From Firmicutes bacterium UBA5486 (GTDB taxonomy: Bacteria; Bacillota; UBA4882; UBA10575), in contig DIPO01000066.1 of assembly GCA_002427045.1 (NCBI GenBank), positions 6 to 64,005 of the forward strand: a stretch of DNA of 64,000 bases. The letters run 5' to 3'. Each line of letters begins with the position of its first letter. Positions within the stretch are counted from its first letter, which is position 1. Made by a program: the position numbers and the translations under genes. Below, piece by piece: positions 8,313-17,195 of this stretch. The notes beneath the pieces are model-generated. The model had not been told where the DNA came from. It was given only the letters and a program-made list of their open reading frames with translations, and ran no database searches.

Positions 8313-11003
8313 TTATTCCTCACCTTCCTCTTTACGTATTAAGCCTAGTTCTGGGTGATCTACAATAGAAAACTTTTTCCCAGTAGCAACATTTCGCCCT
8401 TTCCATATTCTTCTTTTTAAAAATAACATTGTTGCCCCCCGTAACAAATCTACTTGCTGTGGTGGATAATAACCAGACTCCGCCTCTACTTCTTTCAGCC
8501 ACCACCCGGGAATGTTTACGGTTTTTTGAAAAAGTTTTTTTGTTTTTTCTTTGTCTTTTAACATATCTCCAGCCATTATTTGTGGGTATAAACCTTCTTC
8601 TACTATAAATACCCGCTTACTTTCGTTTCCTAACCGGGTTTTAGCATTAAAGTAAGATGTAGGTTCTTCTTCGCCTTCTTTAAAAGGAAAATGTGATGTC
8701 CTTGCTAACTTAAACCCTTTTTTGTATGGGCTAGGGATCAAAAATCTCTCTGCCTTGCCAGCATCATCCTGAATTTCTGTCTTAAACGATTCAAAGGCTT
8801 TTTTTAGTTCTTCCGGGCCCACTAATTCAGAATCATTTTTCGTATCATAAGAATAATCATAGACCATCTCAATTACATTCCTAATTTCTTTAGGCAATTC
8901 TATTACTTCTATTTTTTCTAAAACTAACAATGTTTTAAGTAAGATATAGCGGGAATATACTTTCTCCGTAAAACCAAAATCCGTTGATCTTTCTGCTGGT
9001 AATAAAATATGTAACTGTGCTTTTTCACCCGTTGGCCTACAAAGACGATTATGCCGGTGTAATCTACCTGCCCGCTGTAAAAGAAGATCAATCGGTGCTA
9101 TTTCAGTAAACATTTCATCAAAATCTAAATCTAGACTCTGTTCTACAACTTGGGTAGCAACTAAAATTGCTTTTACCGGCCGGTCTTTTCGTTTTGGATT
9201 TCCTAATGGTAATAAACTATTTTTATCAAATAATCCCAGAATTTTTTCTTCAATTACCATACGTTTTTCTGCTGTATATCGGGCATGAAATAGGAATAAC
9301 TCCACCCCTTGTTTATTTTGTTTCTCTAATAATTTTTTAATTTCCAAGAATATTTTTTGTGCTGCATCAATTGTATTTGCGATTACACAAAAGCAACCGC
9401 CTTTTTCTACCTTTTCCACTACTAATGCTGCAATCCCACAGGGATCCTTCAATAAACCAAAGTGCTTGACCAAATTCAAGGTCATTCTTTTACTCGAACC
9501 ACTTACAGCTTCCTCCCTAACATTACCTTCATAATCAACTAATGTTAAAAGAGGATATGGTGCAAGAGTATGATGAATCGAAACTGAATCTTTTCTTTGC
9601 AAATAGGCTTCCATTAAGGCGGTTCTTTTTCTTTCCGGTAGTGTAGCAGAGAGTAAAATAACCGGTATTTTAAGATTTCCGCACCATTGTAAGAGTAAAG
9701 TAAGAAGCTCAGACATATAAGCATCATAAGCATGTACTTCATCAATAATTATTACCTTTCCACTTAATCCGAAGAGCCTCAAAAACCCATGCCGGACATG
9801 GAGAATACTCATTAATGCCTGGTCAATCGTTCCAACACCATAAGCCGCTAATAGACTGCGTTTCTTAGGGCGAAACCATTCAAGTGCTAAATCTTTTTCT
9901 ATAGGTGAATCATAATCAATCTCTGGTTTTTGTAGAGGGGTATCATCATCAAGCAACCATGACATACCGTGAACAAGCTGAACTTTTTCAGCTTTACCCT
10001 GATCATGTTTTTCTAAAAAGCTTTTAAAACGTCCATACATTTGATTACTAGTAGCAGCGGTAGGTAACGCAAAATAGATGCCGCCTTGATTCCCTTCCCT
10101 TTGCCACTGTGTTGCTAAATAAATAGCAGCTTCGGTCTTCCCTTCACCCATAGGAGCTTCCAAAATTGCCAAGCCAGGCTTTAGTCCATTTAAAGATAAT
10201 TCCTCGCATCGGGCTTGAATTGGGCGCAAATCTTCAAATGTTGGCCAGATCTCCCGGAAGTAGCTATGATAATCAGAGTTTTTATTAAAGGAAAAACCTA
10301 GTTTTTCTACAGCCTTAAGTGCCACTATGTAACTTAATTCCGCATAAGACTGGTATTCCATGTCTTGGTAATTTATTATAAAGAGTTCTCGATTCGAAGC
10401 TATCCAATCACTTAAAACCACCAAACCTGAAAGCAAAATTCCTGCATTGCTATGATCAATAAATTTAAGCCGCCAGTTTTCAGGGTTAAAAGTATTACGG
10501 ATAATCTGTTCTAAATCGCATCGTAGTTCTTCCCAAATCAGCAAATTATCTATTTCTTCTGGCGGGTCATCCTCTCTAAAATTTCCATGATGACCCCTTA
10601 ATGCAGCAGAAACAGTAACCGCAGCTCTTCTGTCCCACCCTAGATTTGTAAATAAATAACTCATGAGCCACTTACCACTCATTGCTTCATGACGGAATCT
10701 AGTGTTTATCTGTCTAACGACTAATCCTGCCTCTAATAAGGGTTTAGTTAATTCCTCCGGCCCTTTAGTTTGAAAGTCAACATGGCACTTACCGATATCA
10801 TGTAAAGCACTTAAATATACTAATACATTGGTAGCTTGTTCATTAGAACAAGCTGCAGCTTCTGCAAATCTGGGTACTACTGACTGAAAGTCTACTGTTC
10901 TCAATAAAGCAGCTGCAACATTACCCACATCGATCATATGAGAATACAAAGGATGGAATGGTTCTGTTTTCGCCCATAAATTTTTCAATAGATAATTTTT
11001 CAT
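8313..11003 (-). CDS. cas3: Cas3 HD nuclease / SF2 helicase
   Basis: The protein is 896 aa. It has an HD-domain motif LHDIGKCHVDFQ, a Walker A motif APMGEGKTEAA and a DEVH box in IIDEVHAYD. It is the first gene of the I-E operon. Confidence 0.95.
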   Translation of the reverse strand: MKNYLLKNLWAKTEPFHPLYSHMIDVGNVAAALLRTVDFQSVVPRFAEAAACSNEQATNVLVYLSALHDIGKCHVDFQTKGPEELTKPLLEAGLVVRQINTRFRHEAMSGKWLMSYLFTNLGWDRRAAVTVSAALRGHHGNFREDDPPEEIDNLLIWEELRCDLEQIIRNTFNPENWRLKFIDHSNAGILLSGLVVLSDWIASNRELFIINYQDMEYQSYAELSYIVALKAVEKLGFSFNKNSDYHSYFREIWPTFEDLRPIQARCEELSLNGLKPGLAILEAPMGEGKTEAAIYLATQWQREGNQGGIYFALPTAATSNQMYGRFKSFLEKHDQGKAEKVQLVHGMSWLLDDDTPLQKPEIDYDSPIEKDLALEWFRPKKRSLLAAYGVGTIDQALMSILHVRHGFLRLFGLSGKVIIIDEVHAYDAYMSELLTLLLQWCGNLKIPVILLSATLPERKRTALMEAYLQRKDSVSIHHTLAPYPLLTLVDYEGNVREEAVSGSSKRMTLNLVKHFGLLKDPCGIAALVVEKVEKGGCFCVIANTIDAAQKIFLEIKKLLEKQNKQGVELFLFHARYTAEKRMVIEEKILGLFDKNSLLPLGNPKRKDRPVKAILVATQVVEQSLDLDFDEMFTEIAPIDLLLQRAGRLHRHNRLCRPTGEKAQLHILLPAERSTDFGFTEKVYSRYILLKTLLVLEKIEVIELPKEIRNVIEMVYDYSYDTKNDSELVGPEELKKAFESFKTEIQDDAGKAERFLIPSPYKKGFKLARTSHFPFKEGEEEPTSYFNAKTRLGNESKRVFIVEEGLYPQIMAGDMLKDKEKTKKLFQKTVNIPGWWLKEVEAESGYYPPQQVDLLRGATMLFLKRRIWKGRNVATGKKFSIVDHPELGLIRKEEGEE

Positions 11004-11029
11004 ATTATCCCTCAGCTTACTTTTCTTTC

Positions 11030-11038
11030 ATTTTAACA
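11030..11038 (-). promoter_or_regulatory. Putative extended -10 promoter element (TGTTAAAAT) for the cas3 operon
   Basis: The minus strand reads TGTTAAAAT ending 26 nt upstream of the cas3 ATG, and a GAGGG ribosome-binding site follows. The -35 element is poor (CCATTT). The same 9-mer occurs upstream of the WYL gene. Confidence 0.3.
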
Positions 11039-11096
11039 CAAAAGCCTGTCATAAATGGTCAGGAACGCCTGTTCGATGGCACTTTTCTACCAAACG

Positions 11097-12062
11097 TCAA
11101 AAATTTAACTTGTTTTCATATATTTTCGTTCCATTTAAAAATGCCACCGCTACCTTATCCCTTAATTCTTTTGGTTCAATTACTTCCGCCTCTCCGCCAA
11201 AAGGTAATATCCAACGGGTTACGGAGTTTATTCCGCAAGCCTTTGCCATGAACAATAAAGAACCATCCGGGTTTTCCCTTACTTGTTGGGTCGGATGAAA
11301 AATGGTTTCCTGAATATAACGAACAGCGCTTCCTGTAAACCGAACTTTAAACACAAACTCATCCCCTCTCTCCATTTTCCAGGCCGAACCCATATAATCA
11401 TTAAAATCAAAATCGTATGGAATATTAAAATGTTCACCTGTTAATTCAAAACTCTTAATCCGATCCAGCCTAAATAAACGTACTTCCTCCCGCCGGTAAC
11501 AAAAAGCAATCAAATACCAGAATCCATCATGATATACAAGGTGATAAGGCTCAATTACTCTTTTAGATAATTCATCGCTATTAAAACTGTAATACTCCAT
11601 ATTTACTCGTTCTCCATTTCGTAAAGCAGTATTTAACTTGCTAAAAAGTTCTTCCTTGCCACTATAATCAGCCGTATGACCTACAGCTACGTCCATTCTT
11701 TGGTTTATTTCCTCAATTTCATTTCCCAATTTTTTTGGTAAAAGTGCTAATATTTTGTTTTTAAGATTTGATGTTATAGGAAAAAACTCTTTTTGCCTTT
11801 CCAATAATTTAAGACCGTAAAGTAAGGTAAGTGCCTCATCCAAACTTAAAGAGATGTTTTTCAATTTAAATCCATCTATCACCCGGTAACCACGGTCATT
11901 ATAAATAGGAATCCCGGCATCCTGCAAAACCCGTAAATCACGATAGCACTGACGTTCACTAACCTTACACCTTTTAGCTAATTCAGGTGCGGTAAGCCCT
12001 GGACAGGTTTGAATAGTAAAAAACATTTGTAATATCCTTATCAACTGATCTCCCCTTGCCAT
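11097..12062 (-). CDS. WYL-domain transcriptional regulator (wHTH-WYL-WCX architecture)
   Basis: The N-terminus has a winged HTH (ELAKRCKVSERQCYRDLRVLQDAGIPIY). The centre has HDGFWYLIAFCYRREEVRLFRLDRI, which is the WYL motif. The protein is 321 aa. GAGGTG lies 7 nt before the ATG. Confidence 0.85.
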   Translation of the reverse strand: MARGDQLIRILQMFFTIQTCPGLTAPELAKRCKVSERQCYRDLRVLQDAGIPIYNDRGYRVIDGFKLKNISLSLDEALTLLYGLKLLERQKEFFPITSNLKNKILALLPKKLGNEIEEINQRMDVAVGHTADYSGKEELFSKLNTALRNGERVNMEYYSFNSDELSKRVIEPYHLVYHDGFWYLIAFCYRREEVRLFRLDRIKSFELTGEHFNIPYDFDFNDYMGSAWKMERGDEFVFKVRFTGSAVRYIQETIFHPTQQVRENPDGSLLFMAKACGINSVTRWILPFGGEAEVIEPKELRDKVAVAFLNGTKIYENKLNF

Positions 12063-12093
12063 TAATCTTCACCTCACACTCAATAATCAACAT

Positions 12094-12121
12094 ATTTTAA
12101 CAATTAGCTATACATAATCAA
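12094..12121 (-). promoter_or_regulatory. Putative sigma-70-type promoter of the WYL regulator gene
   Basis: The minus strand has TTGATT (12121-12116), a 16-nt spacer, then TGT-TAAAAT (-10 at 12099-12094). The -10 lies about 30 nt upstream of the ATG. Confidence 0.35.
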
Positions 12122-12344
12122 TTTCCTGTTTATTTAAGGTTTTTCCAATAATGCTAAATTAAAAACGTTTTATTAAATTTGGATCTTTTAGTTCATAAAT
12201 TCATGATGCAAACTTCTCAAATCAACTTTCGATGACAAATGCAAGCAGTACAAGATATGTAAGTAGGATGGAGTACAGAAATAAAAAGAACAAAGCTTAA
12301 GCTTCTTTCACACATCAAAGTACTTTATAATAAAAAAGAAAAGC

Positions 12345-12374
12345 CCTACCCAGGTTAGTTTAAAACCTGGTAGG
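12345..12374. terminator. Bidirectional stem-loop with T/A-rich flanks
   Basis: CCTACCCAGGT (tagtttaaa) ACCTGGTAGG forms a 10-bp stem with one bulge. It is preceded by AAAAAAGAAAAG and followed by ACCTTTCTTTT. Confidence 0.6.
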
Positions 12375-12769
12375 ACCTTTCTTTTACAAACTCTACGCCA
12401 CACTGCATTAAAGTTTTTTATCCCGATTAGACCAAGATACCGTTGCCTTATTTTTGACACCTATCTCTCGATAGGTGGGTGACCGCATAAACGTTTCTAT
12501 CATCCTCTACCTAAAGGATTTACTAAGGTCCGATATCCACCGTTTAATATAGGCCTCCCGTAGCTTAAACGTAGGTTCAAAACTAAAGCTGACGAATATC
12601 TCAGAGTGTTTTATTCGTTTGTAAATGCATTTTTTATTCTACATAAAAAAGCGGAATATTGCAACTGGTAAATTATATTTGATGCCCCTAATCTTCCTAA
12701 TTGGGGAAATTGATAATTACCTTTCGCATTCTTTAAAACAGTCTTACGACCGTATGTATTTTTATTTTA

Positions 12770-13144
12770 TCACCCGGGATTTTCTGTTGACTCCTCAGCT
12801 TTTTCTTCTGGTTCTTCTGTTACTGCTTTTTGATAAAAATAATCTGCTACCCCAATTATAGCTGCTATAAGGATTGTACTCACCAGCGGCATCCGTACTT
12901 TAATAAATAATAAGGAGTAAAAATAGATAGTTACCGCAGAAATCACAAATAAAAGTGTACTTTTCTTAAGAGGGGTATCCGTTAAAAATACGTTTTCTGC
13001 CATTGTGGATAAGATTGCCACTAAAAGACTGACAAATAATAAGTGTGTATAGGTAAAAGCGGAAAAACCAGGCACAATATAGCCTAGTAAAAATAAGGCA
13101 GCAAATCCTACCACCCCTCGTACAATAAGGCGAGTCCAATTCAT
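12770..13144 (-). CDS. Small integral membrane protein of unknown function
   Basis: The protein is 124 aa with about four hydrophobic helices and an acidic C-terminal tail (EEPEEKAEESTENPG). AAGGAGG precedes the ATG. Confidence 0.55.
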   Translation of the reverse strand: MNWTRLIVRGVVGFAALFLLGYIVPGFSAFTYTHLLFVSLLVAILSTMAENVFLTDTPLKKSTLLFVISAVTIYFYSLLFIKVRMPLVSTILIAAIIGVADYFYQKAVTEEPEEKAEESTENPG

Positions 13145-13169
13145 CTTTATACCTCCTTTTAATCCTAAG

Positions 13170-13282
13170 ATACTCGCGACACGTGGCTCGTTGCTAGTTG
13201 CTCGTTGCTCGTGTTAAATTACAATCTTTGTAGGCTACTGGTATCTTTAACCACCGAACGACGAGCGACCAGCAACGAGCTT
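13170..13282. repeat. Long imperfect hairpin element related to the type-1 intergenic repeat
   Basis: The arms at 13186-13211 and 13255-13280 pair over 26 nt, with 22 Watson-Crick and 2 G-U pairs by my count. The loop contains CGTGTTAAATTACAATCTTTGTAGGCTA, which resembles the core CGTGTTGAATGACAGCCTTTGTAAGACTA at 57335. Confidence 0.55.
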
Positions 13283-13288
13283 CAGAGT

Positions 13289-13945
13289 TTATATAGCAAA
13301 AACATGTTTCCCTATGCGAAGCACAATCGTTCTTGCCCAAATCCAACGGTTTGATGTCTTTGAAGGATTAAAAAAGTATATGGCACCACCAGTCGGATCC
13401 CAGCCATTGATCGCATCCCCGGCCGCCCGTACGGATTCGCTATTGGGGTTACTATAGATCCGGCCATTAGATACTGTCTCAAAGGCTAGAGGCTGATATA
13501 TCACTCCAGCAAGAGAATTAGGGAATTTAGGACTCTCTATTCGATTAAGAACCACTGCTCCTACCGCTACTTTTCCAGTATAGGTTTCAGACTCGGCTTC
13601 AGCACTAATCAATCTGGCCAACATATAACGATCAACTCCAACCCGTGAACCTCCATATGTGGCAGCCACAGTTTCTGTCGGAATCGTAATTCTTTGCCCA
13701 ATCCGGAGAGAATCTGTCCATAAACCATTCCAACTACGCAGTGTACCAATGCTTACCCCAACCCGTCTGGAGATCGTGTGTATAGTATCTCCCCTTTTTA
13801 CAGTATAGGTCCAATTAGCCCTAGCTTTAGAAACAGATAAAACAAGTAAAAAGGTTACAACAAACATAATCAGTATCTTCTTATGCATCTTAACCCCTCC
13901 TGTTTTTACTATCGTTACCCGGGAAAAACAGAAGTATGTATTCAA
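13289..13945 (-). CDS. LysM-domain cell wall hydrolase of the SleB/CwlJ (Hydrolase_2) family
   Basis: A LysM domain is present (YTVKRGDTIHTISRRVGVSIGTLRSWNGL...GQRITIP). A Hydrolase_2 region follows (LARLISAEAESE...AVGAVVLNRIESPKFPNSLAGVIYQP). The likely true start is 13888 (MHKKILIMF), preceded by GGAGGGG. Confidence 0.85.
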   Translation of the reverse strand: MNTYFCFSRVTIVKTGGVKMHKKILIMFVVTFLLVLSVSKARANWTYTVKRGDTIHTISRRVGVSIGTLRSWNGLWTDSLRIGQRITIPTETVAATYGGSRVGVDRYMLARLISAEAESETYTGKVAVGAVVLNRIESPKFPNSLAGVIYQPLAFETVSNGRIYSNPNSESVRAAGDAINGWDPTGGAIYFFNPSKTSNRWIWARTIVLRIGKHVFAI

Positions 13946-13960
13946 TTTTATATAAATAAA

Positions 13961-13996
13961 AAAACCCGCTTTATTCTTGAAAGGCGGGTTTTTTAT
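13961..13996 (-). terminator. Rho-independent terminator after the peptide ABC operon
   Basis: The minus strand reads AAAAAACCCGCC-tttcaagaataaa-GCGGGTTTTTTT. Confidence 0.75.
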
Positions 13997-14088
13997 ATTT
14001 GCTATAATCTAGATGAAAAATAAAAGCCAAGCTATTTTAGAAGATACAATAAATGAGACCAATAGCTTGATTACCAATTGTGCAATTG

Positions 14089-15093
14089 TTAATCCAATAA
14101 ATGACAAGCAACTAAATGCTCTGCTCCGATCTTTTTAACAACCGGTTCCTCCACTGCACAACGTTCCATCGCCTTAGGACAGCGGGTCCGGAATCGGCAA
14201 CCTGATGGAGGATTAATTGGACTTGGGACATCACCTGTAAGAATTACCCTTTCTTTCTTAACCTCCGGGTTGGGAATAGGAATAGCAGAAAGTAGAGCCT
14301 GAGTATAAGGATGAAGAGGATGATCATAAAGCTCATTTTTCTCGGAAATCTCTACGATCTTTCCTAAGTACATTACTGCTACGCGATCACTAATATGCTT
14401 AACTACACTTAGATCATGAGCAATAAAGACATAGGTAAGCCCCAGTTCTTTCTGGAGGTCTTTTAAAAGATTGATAATCTGTGCCTGAATCGAAACATCC
14501 AAAGCAGAAACAGGTTCATCACAGACAATAAGTTCCGGCTCGAGTGTTAAGGCTCTAGCCATCACAATACGTTGCCTTTGGCCACCACTAAATTCATGAG
14601 GATACCTTTTCCGATGAGAAGGTGATAATCCTACCAATTCTAAAAGGTACGAAACCTTCTTTTCCATTTCTGCTTTATTTTTTACTAAACCATGCACTTT
14701 TAAAGGTTCCCCTAGTGTCTCCCCTATATTCATCCGGGGGTTTAAGGAACCATAGGGATCCTGGAAGACAATCTGCATCTTCCTACGATACGGTAGTAAT
14801 TGTTTAAAATTTAGTTTTTCTATATTTACCCCATTGAACTTAATTTGACCAGCAGTAGGCTCAATCAGCCGGAGGATAACCCGTCCGGCAGTAGATTTCC
14901 CGCATCCACTCTCACCTACTAGGCCTAGAGTTTCTCCTTTGTATACAGAAAAATTTATACCATCAACCGCTTTAACTAGTCCCGCGGCAGCAGATCCTGA
15001 TTCTTTTCCCACTGGAAAATATTTTTTTATATCAATTACTTCTAATAACGGGAGAGTCATTATTCTTTCCCTCCTTCCCGGTATAACCAACAA
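14089..15093 (-). CDS. Oligopeptide/dipeptide ABC transporter ATP-binding protein (OppF/DppF type)
   Basis: The protein has Walker [10 protein letters not shown], the signature FSGGQRQR, and the C-terminal oligopeptide-type extension [11 protein letters not shown]. The likely start is 15060, overlapping the upstream stop as TAATG. Confidence 0.9.
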   Translation of the reverse strand: MLVIPGRRERIMTLPLLEVIDIKKYFPVGKESGSAAAGLVKAVDGINFSVYKGETLGLVGESGCGKSTAGRVILRLIEPTAGQIKFNGVNIEKLNFKQLLPYRRKMQIVFQDPYGSLNPRMNIGETLGEPLKVHGLVKNKAEMEKKVSYLLELVGLSPSHRKRYPHEFSGGQRQRIVMARALTLEPELIVCDEPVSALDVSIQAQIINLLKDLQKELGLTYVFIAHDLSVVKHISDRVAVMYLGKIVEISEKNELYDHPLHPYTQALLSAIPIPNPEVKKERVILTGDVPSPINPPSGCRFRTRCPKAMERCAVEEPVVKKIGAEHLVACHLLD

Positions 15094-16052
15094 CGAACTT
15101 CTCTACCATTATCCTTGAAGATCGGTGGTTCTTCCTGTCGGCAAATCTCCATACACTGTTGGCATCTGGTATGAAAACGACAACCGGAGGGGAGATTTAA
15201 AGGATTAGGAACAGCCCCAGGAATAACATTAAGTTTCTCCTGTTCCTGATCTAAACGCGGCATTGATGTTAAAAGTCCCTGCGTATAAGGATGTAATGGC
15301 TTGGCAAATAAGTCCTTAACATCTGCCTTTTCGACCACTACTCCCGCGTACATAACAACAACCTTTTTCACCAGTTCCGCCACCACTCCCAGATCATGAG
15401 TGATTAACATAATTGCCATGCCAAGATCTTGTTGCAACTTGCGAAGCAAATCAAGAATCTGAGCCTGAATAGTAACATCTAAGGCAGTAGTAGGTTCATC
15501 AGCAATCAATAAGGAGGGATGACAAGCCAAAGCCATGGCAATCATTACCCTTTGCCTCATCCCGCCACTTAATTGGTGGGGATAATCATCAACCCGTTTA
15601 TGAGGTGAAGGAATTTGCACTAAATCTAATACCTCAATCGCTTTCTTTCTGGCTGTTTTTTCATCCATCCCTTGATGAAGTTCTAATGCTTCCATGATCT
15701 GTTCGCCAACCGTATAGACAGGATTCAATGAAGTCATTGGCTCCTGAAAAATCATAGAGATCTCATTTCCCCTAATCTTATACAACTCTTCCTCTGAAAG
15801 CGTTAATAGATCTTTACCATTAAGAACCATTTTATCGGCTTGAATTTCTCCGGGAGGTGAAGGTATCAATCTCATAATACTAAGTGAGGTAACACTTTTC
15901 CCACAACCGGATTCGCCAACTATTCCAACAATCTCACCACGATGGATAGTAAGATCAACTCCGTCAACGGCTTTGACATCTCCATCATAAGTGTGGAATA
16001 CAGTTTTTAAGTTTTTAATCTCTAAAAGTATTTCCGACAATATACTCACCAC
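15060..16052 (-). CDS. Oligopeptide/dipeptide ABC transporter ATP-binding protein (OppD/DppD type)
   Basis: The protein has [17 protein letters not shown] and [10 protein letters not shown]. The start codon is GTG, and its position is uncertain. Confidence 0.9.
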   Translation of the reverse strand: MVSILSEILLEIKNLKTVFHTYDGDVKAVDGVDLTIHRGEIVGIVGESGCGKSVTSLSIMRLIPSPPGEIQADKMVLNGKDLLTLSEEELYKIRGNEISMIFQEPMTSLNPVYTVGEQIMEALELHQGMDEKTARKKAIEVLDLVQIPSPHKRVDDYPHQLSGGMRQRVMIAMALACHPSLLIADEPTTALDVTIQAQILDLLRKLQQDLGMAIMLITHDLGVVAELVKKVVVMYAGVVVEKADVKDLFAKPLHPYTQGLLTSMPRLDQEQEKLNVIPGAVPNPLNLPSGCRFHTRCQQCMEICRQEEPPIFKDNGREVRCWLYREGGKE

Positions 16053-16090
16053 GCTAAAAAGATGTATTAATCTCCATCACCATTATTACT

Positions 16091-16258
16091 TAGAAAATAG
16101 CCTCAGTTGATTCACCCGACTTCCTTTTAAAAACTTGTGTGTACTAGTTGTAATCGGCGTGAACAACTAATTAAAGATGCCTTTGGGGTCTGTCGACTCA
16201 CCTGGCTTTAATTTTCACCATTTCATTTGTGCGGGCGGTAGCCAGCGTGAGCGACTAT
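16091..16258. repeat. Type-2 structured intergenic repeat, copy A (two tandem bulged hairpins)
   Basis: This copy is roughly three-quarters identical by eye to 57425-57590. Hairpin 1 pairs 16106-16120 with 16153-16167. Hairpin 2 pairs 16192-16206 with 16241-16255. The element overlaps the stop codon of the permease gene (16255-16257). Confidence 0.8.
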
Positions 16259-17190
16259 TTTATATTTTTTAATTTAGGATCCAAAGCATCACGAAGCCCA
16301 TCACCAAAAAAGTTAAAACTTAATACCGTAAGAAATATAGCAATACCTGGGAAAACAGCTGTCCACGGCGCTTCTTTCAATAAAATTAGATCCTGAGCAT
16401 TAGTCAACATACTTCCCCAACTAAACTGGGGTGGTTGAACACCCAGCCCCAAAAAGCTCAAAGTTGATTCCACCAAAATCGCTGAAGCAACCATCAAGGT
16501 GGCATTGACAATAATCGGTGCTGTCACATTAGGGAGAATATGCCGGAAAATAATCCGCGCATTAGAATAACCTAATGCCCGGGCTGCTTCCACAAATTCT
16601 TGCTCTTTTAAACTAAGGAACTGACCTCGCACCAGACGGGCAACCCTCATCCAACTGGTAAATCCAATAATTAAAGCAATCCCAAGGGCATTTGGTTTAA
16701 CAAAGGCAGCTAGAATAATCAAAAGAAACATCGTTGGTAGTGAAAGTAAAACATCTACTACCCTCATCATAAGCGAATCAATACGACCCCCATAGTAACC
16801 AGAAATCGCCCCATAAGCTGCTCCTAATGTTACAGAAATAATCATGGTTAAAAAACTGACCACCAATGAAATCCTGGAACCATACAGCATCCTGCTCCAG
16901 ACATCCCGCCCCATGTCATCTGTACCCAAATAATGTTCTGATGATGGAGGTAATTTCTGTAATTCTTTTGCCAGATTAATCCGGTAGGGATCATGGGTGG
17001 CAAGCAAGGGAGCAAGAACAGCAGATATAATAATTAAAAGCAGGATAATACAAGAAATTACAGAAAGCCGGTTTTTTCGAAAAGCACGCCAAAACTCCTT
17101 GAATAAGCCGGTGTGTTCCTGCATATTACCAAATTCTGTCTGGTTTTCACCAGTAATAATCTCCAAATCCTTTGCCATCTTTAGTATCAC
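16255..17190 (-). CDS. Peptide ABC transporter permease (OppC/DppC type)
   Basis: The EAA loop reads EAARALGYSNARIIFRHILPN, and the protein has multiple TM helices. Confidence 0.9.
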   Translation of the reverse strand: MILKMAKDLEIITGENQTEFGNMQEHTGLFKEFWRAFRKNRLSVISCIILLLIIISAVLAPLLATHDPYRINLAKELQKLPPSSEHYLGTDDMGRDVWSRMLYGSRISLVVSFLTMIISVTLGAAYGAISGYYGGRIDSLMMRVVDVLLSLPTMFLLIILAAFVKPNALGIALIIGFTSWMRVARLVRGQFLSLKEQEFVEAARALGYSNARIIFRHILPNVTAPIIVNATLMVASAILVESTLSFLGLGVQPPQFSWGSMLTNAQDLILLKEAPWTAVFPGIAIFLTVLSFNFFGDGLRDALDPKLKNIK

Positions 17191-17195
17191 CTACA

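Noticed and set aside
10958-11298. Plus-strand ORFs (97 and 62 aa) spanning the cas3 start and the WYL gene end
   Set aside because: They are antisense to supported genes and cross an intergenic promoter region. I recognised no motif.
12600-12625. CTGAGA on the minus strand, reminiscent of the TPP riboswitch core
   Set aside because: The other conserved TPP elements (an ACCTGATCTGGATAATGCCAGCG-like segment) are absent, and no thiamine-related gene is adjacent.
12625-12861. A plus-strand 78-aa ORF
   Set aside because: It has low-complexity, Leu-rich composition and overlaps the 3' end of the minus-strand membrane-protein gene. It has no ribosome-binding site.
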